Shown here piece after piece: positions 8,935-17,318 of a stretch of 50,263 nt of DNA. Position 1 is the first letter of the stretch. The number at the start of each line of letters is the position of its first letter. The DNA comes from an uncultured bacterium (GTDB lineage: Bacteria; Muiribacteriota; UBA6191; CAZXTJ01). The stretch is taken from assembly GCA_964643655.1 (NCBI GenBank), contig CAZXTJ010000001.1:1-50263 (forward strand). The letters run 5' to 3'. The translations under genes were made by a program, and so were the position numbers. A model generated the notes under the pieces. That model had not been told where the DNA came from and made no database searches. It saw only the letters and a list, made by a program, of their open reading frames with translations.

Positions 8935-10800
8935 GTGGATAAATGGTGGCTAACCGTATCGCTCGGAGTAGATGGCCCCAACTTGTTCTCTCTTCCCTTT
9001 CCTGAGGCTACGCTGTCTATTGGACGAGGGGAAGAATGCGATTTGGTTCTTCCCAATAGACGGTTATCTCGAGTTCACCTCCTTTTGGAAAGAAAAGGCA
9101 AGAAGGCAAGTTTTCGTGACGCTGGCAGTTCAACTGGTCTGATTCTCGAAGGAAAACGAGTTACCGAGGGTGAACTCAAAGTAGGGCAAAAACTATATCT
9201 GTCGAAATATGCCATCTCTTTTGACTGCCAAGCAGCCAAGTCAGAAGGTAATAAAACCCCCGAGACATTCGATGATGGGGACAACAAAGATGGTGGACCT
9301 ACTCTCGATTGGCAAGTCTTTCATTCTTTTTTGGACAAACTGCGAAAACTCTCAGAGCCAAAAGAGTTGTTGAATAGCCTTTTACTTGGATTGGTCGATA
9401 TATTCAAAGCAGAGCGTGGATTTGTCTTGCTGAGAAGTAAAAACAATACATTATTGCCTGTTGCTACACATCGTCTCAGTAATGCAGAGAAGTTCGTTGC
9501 CATTAGTAAGACTGTTTATACACGAGCTCTCGAGAGTGGAAACATTGTCTTTGTTGGCAACACACTTACTGATGAGTGGTATATAGAAGCCTCCTCCTAT
9601 TCTCTGCAAGATGCAGCAAGATCCATTGTTTGTGCGCCCTTATCAGCTGACGGAAAGACATTCGGCACTATCTACATTGATAGTAAAAACATGCTCTCAA
9701 CAGAGCAGTTACCATTATTTGAAACTGTCACTGACTTGGCTGCTGAGATCTTGCGTACTGGGCAAACAAGGAAAAAGCTTCTAGCAGCTGAAGAGCGAGT
9801 GGAAGCCATGCAGTCCTTGATGTATGAGGACGAAAAGTTTGTCCTTGGAAATAGCGAAGCATCACGCCAGCTCAAAGCCACTCTGGACATGACTGCCAAA
9901 GAAGACGTAGCCATCTTGATCACTGGTGATACTGGTACTGGGAAAGAGATGGTAGCTCGTGCAATTCATCAGATGTCAGAAAGACGGGACCAGCCCTTCA
10001 TCCCTGTGAACTGCGCTGCTTTGCCAAGAGAGATTATTGAAGCCGAACTTTTTGGTGCAGAAAAAGGTGCATATACGGGGGCTTTGGCGAGAAGAGTGGG
10101 ACGGTTTGAACTGGCAGCCAATGGAACTCTCTTTTTGGATGAGATTGGCGAGTTGTCACCTGACGTGCAGGTGAAACTCTTACGTGTCTTGCAAGAGAAA
10201 AAAATTACGAGATTGGGTTCCACTAATCCTATACCACTCGACTTCAGGCTACTTTGTGCAACGAATAGAAACCTTGATGAAGCAGTCAGAGAGGGATCTT
10301 TCCGCCAAGATTTTTATTATCGAATTAATGTATTTTCAATTCATCTCAAAGCCTTGCGAGAGAGAAAAGAGGATATTCCTGAACTAGCTGAGCATTTTTT
10401 CAAGCTCTTCTGTCTTCGTCTGGGCAAAAAGCTGAGCAAGATTAGTGACGCTGCAGTTGAAGCGCTGTTGGCTCATGATTGGCCGGGCAATATACGTGAG
10501 TTGCGAAATGCTATTGAAAGGGCAGTTGTTCTAGAGCAGTCCGATGTTCTGCGAGTTGACAATCTCCCTATGACAATTCAACAGCCCACGAATAATCCAA
10601 TTGTCGAATCTCCACAGTGGTTACCAACTGCAATGCCACCGAGATATGACGATGCCAAAGCAGCCTTCGACAGACTATTCATTGAGCAGGGATTGGAACA
10701 GTTTGGTGGCGTGGCAGAGCTGGCCAAGAGTTCAGGTATAACTCGTTCTACTATCTATCGCAAGATGGCCAAATTGGGCATGGATCCTGAGGAATACTAA
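8935..10800 (+). CDS. Sigma-54-dependent transcriptional activator, FHA-GAF-AAA+-HTH, paralogue of 7056-8927
   Basis: 621 aa. GTG start 7 nt after the upstream stop. FHA (IGRGEECDLVL, SRVH, GSSTGLILEG), GAF-like (ERGFVLLR...TIYIDS), GDTGTGKE, GAYTGA, LFLDEIGEL, WPGNIRELRN, and HTH (LAKSSGITRSTIYRKMAKLG). Confidence 0.9.
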   Translation: MDKWWLTVSLGVDGPNLFSLPFPEATLSIGRGEECDLVLPNRRLSRVHLLLERKGKKASFRDAGSSTGLILEGKRVTEGELKVGQKLYLSKYAISFDCQAAKSEGNKTPETFDDGDNKDGGPTLDWQVFHSFLDKLRKLSEPKELLNSLLLGLVDIFKAERGFVLLRSKNNTLLPVATHRLSNAEKFVAISKTVYTRALESGNIVFVGNTLTDEWYIEASSYSLQDAARSIVCAPLSADGKTFGTIYIDSKNMLSTEQLPLFETVTDLAAEILRTGQTRKKLLAAEERVEAMQSLMYEDEKFVLGNSEASRQLKATLDMTAKEDVAILITGDTGTGKEMVARAIHQMSERRDQPFIPVNCAALPREIIEAELFGAEKGAYTGALARRVGRFELAANGTLFLDEIGELSPDVQVKLLRVLQEKKITRLGSTNPIPLDFRLLCATNRNLDEAVREGSFRQDFYYRINVFSIHLKALRERKEDIPELAEHFFKLFCLRLGKKLSKISDAAVEALLAHDWPGNIRELRNAIERAVVLEQSDVLRVDNLPMTIQQPTNNPIVESPQWLPTAMPPRYDDAKAAFDRLFIEQGLEQFGGVAELAKSSGITRSTIYRKMAKLGMDPEEY

Positions 10801-10803
10801 ACC

Positions 10804-11715
10804 GTGCGTCCGATCTTGAGCGATTATGTCATACCAGCAAAATACCGGCCCCACGCAGCCAAAGAGAAACCTGCTGATGCAGTAGAGCTAACTTGGCTGG
10901 GTGTAACTGGCTTCTCCATAAAATATCGTGAGACGACACTGCTCATAGATCCCTATGTTAGTAGGGCAACACTAGTTTCTTTGGCTTTTCGCCGGTTACG
11001 CGCAGACATTGGTGCCATCAGAAGACACGTGCCCAAAGCTGATTTTATCTGTGTCGGACACACACATTACGATCATGTTGCCGATGTACCTGCCATCGTC
11101 AAACGTGACAATGCCGTCGTATTTGGCTCTCGCTCCACCTCCAATCTGTTGGCTCGATCTGAAATCAGGCGTAATCGTTTCACGACCGTGCCAAGAAAAG
11201 GTGGCATTTACCGAGCCGGGGATATGCAAGTCAGTATGGTGGAAGGAAGGCATGGCCCAATATTTTTTGGTCGAGTTCCTTATCCAGGCCCAATAAGTTC
11301 GGATATAACGCCACCACTACGAACCATGCAGTATAGAGTTGGTGATGTCTTTGGAGTTCATGTAAGAGCTGGTAATGTCTCTATTTATCACAATGGGACA
11401 GCCAATTTATTGGATGAGAGTTTGCAGCGTTTGGAGGCAGATATACTCTTGGCTGGTTTGTCTGGAGCTGAACATACTGAGAACTACATTGCTCGCCTAT
11501 GTGGTCCATTGAAAACCAAGACAATCATACCCACACACTATGATGCTTTTTTCGGTCCTATTGAGGATGGTTTGCAGGTATTGCCCATCGTAGATCTCGA
11601 TAAGTTCTTCAGTGATTCTGAAGAAGCAGGTGCTGCTGTCTGTATGCCTCAACTCGTAGAAACACTCTGGATTAGCCAAGATGGCCAGGTAATGAAATCC
11701 GCAACTGCGGATTAG
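10804..11715 (+). CDS. Metallo-beta-lactamase-fold hydrolase
   Basis: 303 aa. GTG start 3 nt after the upstream stop. HxHxDH motif as GHTHYDHVAD, with later His/Asp residues (GRHGP, PTHYDAF). Confidence 0.75.
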   Translation: MRPILSDYVIPAKYRPHAAKEKPADAVELTWLGVTGFSIKYRETTLLIDPYVSRATLVSLAFRRLRADIGAIRRHVPKADFICVGHTHYDHVADVPAIVKRDNAVVFGSRSTSNLLARSEIRRNRFTTVPRKGGIYRAGDMQVSMVEGRHGPIFFGRVPYPGPISSDITPPLRTMQYRVGDVFGVHVRAGNVSIYHNGTANLLDESLQRLEADILLAGLSGAEHTENYIARLCGPLKTKTIIPTHYDAFFGPIEDGLQVLPIVDLDKFFSDSEEAGAAVCMPQLVETLWISQDGQVMKSATAD

Positions 11716-11722
11716 TTTCTCA

Positions 11723-12187
11723 TCAGCCACCTCGACGACGGCCTGGATTACAGCCAATCAAGCTTATTGGTCGAGTAGGTGCTGGTCCCCAATTTCGTGG
11801 AGGTACAGAGGTAATTCTCGTTGGAGTGGGAGTTGGTCTCTGTATGACTGGGGGACGAGTCTGCGTTTGAGTGGCCGTCGGTGTTGGTTTGACCGTCGGT
11901 GGTTTGCTGGCTTGATCAACATTGGTAGTGGCAGGTGGTTCAATGACGACCAGTTTGTCACCATCAGCAATGATGATAGTTGGTGGCCTATTTTTGTCAT
12001 CTTGATTTTGCGTCGTCGGTGGCTGGGTGTTTGATGTTTGAATAGTGGGAGGATTGGAACCTCCAGGAGGTAAGGGCGGCAAACCACTCGTCGGAGGATA
12101 TCCTCCTCCTCCACCCCCTCCGCCACCAAAACAACCGGAAAAGAGGGGAGCTAACAAGATTATCAATAATGCTGAGTGCCGCTTCAT
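11723..12187 (-). CDS. Lipoprotein with poly-Gly and Pro/Thr-rich low-complexity body
   Basis: I prefer the internal ATG at 12187, preceded by GAGGAGG, over the track start at 12334. It gives MKRHSALLIILLAPLFSGC with lipobox LFSGC, followed by G9 and PT-rich sequence. The 49-aa upstream extension is Cys-rich and looks non-coding. It also contains the sigma-54 promoter match. Confidence 0.7.
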   Translation of the reverse strand: MKRHSALLIILLAPLFSGCFGGGGGGGGGYPPTSGLPPLPPGGSNPPTIQTSNTQPPTTQNQDDKNRPPTIIIADGDKLVVIEPPATTNVDQASKPPTVKPTPTATQTQTRPPVIQRPTPTPTRITSVPPRNWGPAPTRPISLIGCNPGRRRGG

Positions 12188-12229
12188 GAAAACCTCCTCA
12201 AAGGCCATTTTTCTCATTTGCCGCTTAGC

Positions 12230-12245
12230 AGCACAGAACGTGCCA
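12230..12245 (-). promoter_or_regulatory. Sigma-54 (-24/-12) promoter candidate for the 11723-12187 lipoprotein gene
   Basis: The minus strand reads TGGCACGTTCTGTGCT, against the consensus TGGCACG-N4-TTGCW. GG and GC are separated by exactly 10 nt. The -12 C lies 43 nt upstream of the ATG at 12187, and the GAGGAGG SD lies between them. Confidence 0.65.
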
Positions 12246-12332
12246 GCGTTTTTTGAGGTGGAAACAAGAAGAAAAAGGAGAAAATGACATGAAAATTGGC
12301 ATTTGCATGCGCAGTTTTGTGTCATTTGAGCC

Positions 12333-12361
12333 ATGCCATGAAAAATGGCATCGCCATGCCA
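12333..12361. promoter_or_regulatory. Overlapping palindromes, candidate enhancer (UAS) in a divergent intergenic region
   Basis: The element reads ATGCCAT-gaaaa-ATGGCAT (12333-12351), overlapping TGGCAT-cgcc-ATGCCA (12346-12361). A further TGGCAT half-site lies at 12297-12302. The centre is about 100 nt upstream of the -24 element at 12245. Confidence 0.4.
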
Positions 12362-12552
12362 TGTTTTTGCGCACTGCCTTCAGGCGTTTGTGTAACAAAA
12401 TTTACTCGCCGCCCTGAAGTTGGCTTTATTAGCGGCATTGAGTGTTGAGTAAAAAAATACACAATGTTGGTATGGATATTGTTTGAGACAATTCATAATA
12501 ACAAGGTCAGAAAAACGTGGACTGATGGTGTAGAGTGGATGCGGAGGGTCAA

Positions 12553-12981
12553 ATGAACAGGAACTGGTTAATCGGCGGATGTATTCTTGCACTGATAGCT
12601 GCCCCTAAATTCATGAAGATGGTAGCTCTTATCCTTTTGGTTACCCTGACGGTAGGAAACACCGGTTGCCTCGGCTTCCTCGCAGCCATTCTCGGAGCCA
12701 TTGTCAATGTAGTTGGCGGAATAGTCTCAACACTTGGTCCATTAATCATGGGCGGTATAAAATTAGCGACAGGTATTGTTGGAGCTGTTGCCGGTGCAAG
12801 TGGTAAAGAGACGCAAAATGTCGAGAGCAGAGCTGACACTGACACAGGCCAACAGAACAGAGTCAATTTGCAGAGTGGCGAAAAAGCCAATGTAAATAAT
12901 GAATCTCTTACGATGACTGAAGATGCTCGAACTGACAAGAAAAAGGTAGTTACTCAACTTGAGCCAGTACCTGCACAGTAG
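12553..12981 (+). CDS. Small glycine-zipper membrane protein with a polar C-terminal tail
   Basis: ATG at 12553 follows GGAGGG. Two hydrophobic stretches rich in GxxxG (GGIVSTLGPLIMGGIKLATGIVGAVAGASG). A Cys at LTVGNTGC is a possible weak lipobox. The 3' end overlaps the next gene by 23 nt. Confidence 0.55.
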   Translation: MNRNWLIGGCILALIAAPKFMKMVALILLVTLTVGNTGCLGFLAAILGAIVNVVGGIVSTLGPLIMGGIKLATGIVGAVAGASGKETQNVESRADTDTGQQNRVNLQSGEKANVNNESLTMTEDARTDKKKVVTQLEPVPAQ

Positions 12982-14746
12982 AATTAGTTCATCGGTCCAC
13001 ATCCGAAAAAGACGACACAACCATTCAGGTTTTGGAACACTGTTAATCCTTGTTCTTGCACTCTTGCTCTGTCTAGCCGTAATCGGCATGGGGCAAGGGT
13101 ATTTTTCTTCCTTCGTATCTGACCAAACGCACAAGAATTTGATGGGCGACATTGCCTACGAGTTGGCTGAAAATGCCATAGAAAGTGCCCATTATCTCGT
13201 TGGGAAAGGCGCAAACCATCCTAGTGGTGAGGCCAATCTATACAAACTCTTTCGCGAGAACCTGAGCGATTTCTCTGTCGATTTATCGGTTTCAATCCTG
13301 CCAGGCATAGCAACGGAGCTTGGCAAAAAAGGTTTGGAAAATTTCTCTTTAGTGGATGACAAAGTCCTTTTGGAAGTGCTTTTCCAGCATCCAATGTCTG
13401 TCATCAACCCTACGGAGCATGACCGTTTTGGTACTCTGCGGTTCTCTGCCAAGGGAAAATATGGCCCCAAAAACATCGTTCGTACTGTGAGTAAAACATA
13501 TGATTTCAGGCTCACTTCTATTACGACTCCACGCCCTTTTGACATGAATACGATGTTCATACATGATCCATCACCTTACCTTACCTACTTTGCCTACAAA
13601 GGAGATCCAAATCTCTACATAGATGCAGCCCATACAAAGATTGCCAACTATGAAAAGGCCACGCGTGACTTGAAAAAGTCTTATGAAGACTTTGTCAAAA
13701 AGATAAAAGGAAAACCAAAATCGGGTCCTGTCGTTCGACTTTTTGAGGGTTTGATTGCCGAAATGAATGTGTTGCTCGAACAGGAATGGCCGCCTGACGT
13801 TACAATTTCGCAATCCAATAAAACGAGAGACAAAGAGAACACTGTTCATCATTTTCCTGAACCAACTACCTATGCTCTGTGGACCAATGCAGAGAAGGTA
13901 GATTTTGGTGAGATCAATATTGCACCTCGTTTGAAAGTACGTCACCAAAGATTGGCTGAGATAGAGCCAGAACATCTGCAGGTGAACAATGACATCAAAG
14001 AGTTTTTGGACAGTACGCCGACAAAGTTCGAGCCTCTCGTGCCAATGCAGCGTCAGTGGAATGCTCTCGTTAAAGAGATTGTGTGGCTCTATTACGGTGT
14101 ACTCATCAAGGACTACAAGGTTTTTCAAGATAACTTCTATGAGTTGAATGAACCGCTGTTGAGCAGATTTAAACCTTTCATAAATTCAGTTTCTCTTGAT
14201 GAGCTCGTTAATCGTTGCTCTACCTACTTGGCTGAAGGGGATATTGGTAAGACTGGCGATGGAAGGACTCTCAACGAGAAGTTCAATGAGTTGCTCTCAC
14301 GAAATGAGTCTTTGAGTGGAATTCTGTACATACACAATCCCACAGAAGAGCTCATAATCAACCGCACTTTCAAGGGCAGGCTGGTAATCATCGTCCGTGA
14401 TGATGTGACAATTCAACAAGCATTAGTTGAGGATCAAGAACAGGATTTGCTGACAGTTGCCTCTTTTGGTCGAATGGCAGTAGAAGGCAAAACTCAAGCT
14501 TCATTGATTGCTGGCAGTACTCTTTCAACGGAACCTGAAGCGGACATTGCAGGCAACCTTTTCATTCACAAACTAGACATCGTAGGTGTGAGACCTGAAC
14601 GTTTACTCACAGGAACATTACAAAGAGATGAACGCCTTGTTGGTGGACCAAAACAGATTTCGAGGAAGGTGGAAGGTATCTTCCCCGATTACCAATATTT
14701 CACTGTTGGTCCTGAACCTGTTTTTATGTCTATTGAGAGGCGGTGA
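12959..14746 (+). CDS. Large pseudopilin-like protein lacking Glu+5 (GspK/PilX-like position), cassette A
   Basis: 595 aa. TTG start, with no in-frame ATG before the TM. The N-terminus is basic and then pilin-like hydrophobic (RRHNHSGFGTLLILVLALLLCLAVIG), without Glu at +5. Paralogous to 18149-19759 (TSITTPRPFDMNT vs LTTVPRPFDTYG; DLLTVASFG vs DLLTIVSYAG). Confidence 0.6.
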   Translation: MSQYLHSRISSSVHIRKRRHNHSGFGTLLILVLALLLCLAVIGMGQGYFSSFVSDQTHKNLMGDIAYELAENAIESAHYLVGKGANHPSGEANLYKLFRENLSDFSVDLSVSILPGIATELGKKGLENFSLVDDKVLLEVLFQHPMSVINPTEHDRFGTLRFSAKGKYGPKNIVRTVSKTYDFRLTSITTPRPFDMNTMFIHDPSPYLTYFAYKGDPNLYIDAAHTKIANYEKATRDLKKSYEDFVKKIKGKPKSGPVVRLFEGLIAEMNVLLEQEWPPDVTISQSNKTRDKENTVHHFPEPTTYALWTNAEKVDFGEINIAPRLKVRHQRLAEIEPEHLQVNNDIKEFLDSTPTKFEPLVPMQRQWNALVKEIVWLYYGVLIKDYKVFQDNFYELNEPLLSRFKPFINSVSLDELVNRCSTYLAEGDIGKTGDGRTLNEKFNELLSRNESLSGILYIHNPTEELIINRTFKGRLVIIVRDDVTIQQALVEDQEQDLLTVASFGRMAVEGKTQASLIAGSTLSTEPEADIAGNLFIHKLDIVGVRPERLLTGTLQRDERLVGGPKQISRKVEGIFPDYQYFTVGPEPVFMSIERR

Positions 14747-15288
14747 GTTTGATGAACAGAGGACATTCTTTTGTGGAAGTAATGATAGCTCTGCTCATCA
14801 TTGCCATTGCCCTCATTCCCATTTTGTCCATGTTCATGCATCAAACTCAGGTCGCTCATTTCAATAAATTTCAATTGATAGCGCGTTATCGAGCCAGGCA
14901 GGAAGCTGAAGCTCTCGCTACTCTCGATTATGTTGCCTTGCAGAAGTTGGCTGGTACTGTGGACTATCCCATTTCTCTAAGAGACGATGAAGGCGGATTA
15001 AAGGGCTTGCCTTTGTTGTATCCACCAGCCAAAGCAGAGTTGGCCGCAATGACGCCCGACGGAAAACTCACGCCTGAACTTGCTCATATGGCTGATACGC
15101 TTGGCCTTTTTTCAACGGCTGCCTTTTTTGAAGAGATAGATGCTGGCGGATTGGCTCGGATAGTCATCTACGTGTTATGGAAAATTCCTGGTGAACCACC
15201 TTCTCGTGCTCCACACATGATTCGCTATTTCAAGTTGGTATCACGAAGAGAGAATTCTCTGGACCAGCGACGGAGGATTGAGAGATGA
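14743..15288 (+). CDS. Prepilin-type N-terminal domain protein (minor pseudopilin), cassette A
   Basis: 181 aa. The leader MSLMNRG/HSFVEVMIALLIIAIAL has Gly-1 and Glu+5. 4-nt overlap with both neighbours. Confidence 0.8.
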   Translation: MSLMNRGHSFVEVMIALLIIAIALIPILSMFMHQTQVAHFNKFQLIARYRARQEAEALATLDYVALQKLAGTVDYPISLRDDEGGLKGLPLLYPPAKAELAAMTPDGKLTPELAHMADTLGLFSTAAFFEEIDAGGLARIVIYVLWKIPGEPPSRAPHMIRYFKLVSRRENSLDQRRRIER

Positions 15289-15950
15289 AGAAGGGATTCA
15301 CTCTCGTTGAAGTCATCATCGCCGTACTCGTTGCCAGTTTGGTGATTACGGGTTTGTGGTCCATGTTCATCATGAGTAAAAAGCAGCAACGTATGGCTGA
15401 TGTTACGCAGCAGGGACTAAAAGAATCACTACAGTTGGTTCAGCCTCTGGAACAGGATTTTCGCCGTTTGTACATGGATAAACATAGGCCTGTGAAAACC
15501 TTTGATGGTGGTGTTGAGTTTCACGTCTTTGATGGTGATTATTCTGATCTAACTCGAGGGATTATTCGGACAAAAAGAATAATCTATCGATTAGTAGCTG
15601 AAGATTTTGCCATCTATCGACAAGAGGGTGATACCAATGCTCGAAAGTTGCCAGGTACCTATGAAAAGCTCGATTTCAAGGTTGAACCAGTACACACTTA
15701 CTTAACCATGCCTCCTTATGTCGAAGGAGTGGACGAAGCCACTATGCGTCCCGGTGGTGTTCTCTCTTATATGGTAACCGCCATTCCCGTCGAGCTTACA
15801 GTAGCTGATAGAGAACGGTGGACTCCTCAGGATAGGACCATTCTCAAAGGCGCAGTACCTCTTACTCCACTGAATGGACAAAAACGGTATTTCTTCTGGA
15901 ACTCAAATCCGACGACAAGAGCTATTACTTCTGAGGCTGAGCTTCACTAG
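15285..15950 (+). CDS. Prepilin-type N-terminal domain protein (minor pseudopilin, GspJ/PilW-like size), cassette A
   Basis: 221 aa. The leader MKKG/FTLVEVIIAVLVASLVI has the canonical GFTLxE motif. Confidence 0.85.
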   Translation: MKKGFTLVEVIIAVLVASLVITGLWSMFIMSKKQQRMADVTQQGLKESLQLVQPLEQDFRRLYMDKHRPVKTFDGGVEFHVFDGDYSDLTRGIIRTKRIIYRLVAEDFAIYRQEGDTNARKLPGTYEKLDFKVEPVHTYLTMPPYVEGVDEATMRPGGVLSYMVTAIPVELTVADRERWTPQDRTILKGAVPLTPLNGQKRYFFWNSNPTTRAITSEAELH

Positions 15951-16614
15951 GTTCTTCTGGAGTTCGCAAACCATTCCAAGCCACGTCGAGGGCAATCAGC
16001 AAGACACCGCCATCGATGAAGATGTCTGCCAGATTAAAAATGGTCAGACTCTTGGTTTGCCAGCTCACTTCAAACATATCGATGACATAACCTAAAAAGA
16101 TTCTGTCTGTCATATTGGCCAAAGCCCCAGCTAGAACTAAGGCCAGACAGACTTGAGTCATCTTCTCTTCAGCTGTAACAAAGCGGTAATAGAAGAGCAC
16201 GACAAAGGTAGTCAATATTCCAGAAGTGATGAAGATGAATCTGTGGCCTGGTAACAAACCGAGGATTGCTCCAGGATTCTCAGCATATGTGAGCTGAAAG
16301 ATCTGAGGTAAGAGCTGCAGTTTGGGACCACCTTTGACAAGGCTGACAATGAGCCACTTGATGGCTTGGTCTGCTCCATAAGCAAAAAAGCCTGCAGAGA
16401 GTAGAAACTTAACTGGCAGCGAACATTCTTTCCTGATAAGGAAAGGACTCAATAGCGAAAGTAAAAGGCAGACAAACCACAGTATTCGATAGGCCACCAA
16501 ATGGCCGTCATATGACTGGGGATGGACAAATGAGGTCCAGAGTAGTGTGAGATAGCTAAAGGCAGCTAGAGCCCAGAGGAGCCAAGTAAATATCTTCAGA
16601 TTGGACTTTGTCAT
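15925..16614 (-). CDS. lspA: Lipoprotein signal peptidase (signal peptidase II)
   Basis: Conserved SPase II boxes ENPGAILGLLPG and GYVIDMF...FNLADIFIDGG, with 4 or more TM segments. I prefer the start at ATG 16614, because the track start at 16674 overlaps the divergent neighbour. The 3' end overlaps the convergent pseudopilin gene by 26 nt. Confidence 0.8.
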   Translation of the reverse strand: MTKSNLKIFTWLLWALAAFSYLTLLWTSFVHPQSYDGHLVAYRILWFVCLLLSLLSPFLIRKECSLPVKFLLSAGFFAYGADQAIKWLIVSLVKGGPKLQLLPQIFQLTYAENPGAILGLLPGHRFIFITSGILTTFVVLFYYRFVTAEEKMTQVCLALVLAGALANMTDRIFLGYVIDMFEVSWQTKSLTIFNLADIFIDGGVLLIALDVAWNGLRTPEEPSEAQPQK

Positions 16615-16663
16615 CAATTTTGATGATACCACTGACTGAGAAAAATGTTGAAAGCACTCTTCA

Positions 16664-17140
16664 TTGCAGACCATATTGGCTGAGGAAGGAAATCAATTGT
16701 CTCAACGTCGCTCAATATTAATCACACTGATTGCCCGAATAATCTTTTTCGGCGGTTTGGGGCTTGCTCTGATTGGCGCATTCTATTCCTTTTCTGATGG
16801 CCGCTGGCATCTCATGAGACAGCCGGTATACAAAGAGACCTTTAGAGTAGTCGTCTTTATCTTTGGTCTTGCAACGGCTTTTGTTGGTCACTTATTGGCA
16901 CGAAGGCGAGTCTTTGGTCTCGTATTCTTTCTTTTGGGTTGTGTTGTCATCGTTCTCCAGGACATTGGGACGGCAGCTCTCGGAGGGCCCGAAGCCTTCT
17001 GGTATGGTTATGTACCAGCTGTCGTGGATATAGCTGTTTTAGCCTATGTCTATCATCGTCGAGGTGAGTTCAAAGCACAACATCAACTGGAAAACATTCT
17101 CGTTGATACACTCAAATTGGCTGGCTCAGGCCAAGGATGA
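16664..17140 (+). CDS. Hypothetical 4-TM membrane protein
   Basis: 158-aa ORF with four hydrophobic helices (IIFFGGLGLALIGAFY, VVVFIFGLATAFVGHLL, VFGLVFFLLGCVVIVL, VPAVVDIAVLAYVY). The TTG start is uncertain. No recognisable motif. Confidence 0.5.
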   Translation: MQTILAEEGNQLSQRRSILITLIARIIFFGGLGLALIGAFYSFSDGRWHLMRQPVYKETFRVVVFIFGLATAFVGHLLARRRVFGLVFFLLGCVVIVLQDIGTAALGGPEAFWYGYVPAVVDIAVLAYVYHRRGEFKAQHQLENILVDTLKLAGSGQG

Positions 17141-17318
17141 AGTTGCTCCAAATCATGACAGCTTAGTGACACCTTTTGAAGCACACGCAACTTTCTTTGC
17201 TGATGAACAATAGTTTTCCCAGCTGGCATAAACCTTTCATACTCAATCTGGGGGTACAGCAATAACAAGGGTGCAGAAAGACGCATCTGCAAATCTGTCT
17301 TTCTGAAAGGTTGTACCA

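Noticed and set aside
12188-12334. Long N-terminal extensions offered by the ORF track: 11723-12334, 32380-33006, 24170-24958, 15925-16674 and 37278-38045.
   Set aside because: In each case an internal ATG with a good SD gives a canonical N-terminus (lipobox, signal peptide, or receiver-domain start). The extension is Cys/Phe-rich, overlaps promoter-like or hairpin elements, or overlaps a divergent gene.
12297-12362. TGGCAT-N5-TGC motifs (12297 and 12346), which look like + strand sigma-54 promoters.
   Set aside because: GG to GC spacing is 9 nt rather than 10. They fit better as half-sites of the palindromic enhancer-like element.
12289-12417. 42-codon Cys/His-rich ORF (MKIGICMRSFVSFEPCHEKWHRHAMF...) with AAGGAG 8 nt upstream.
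   Set aside because: It coincides exactly with the palindromic TGGCAT/ATGCCA elements of a divergent regulatory region. The Cys/His content comes from reading TGC/CAT repeats. A regulatory DNA role is more economical, although a small protein cannot be excluded.
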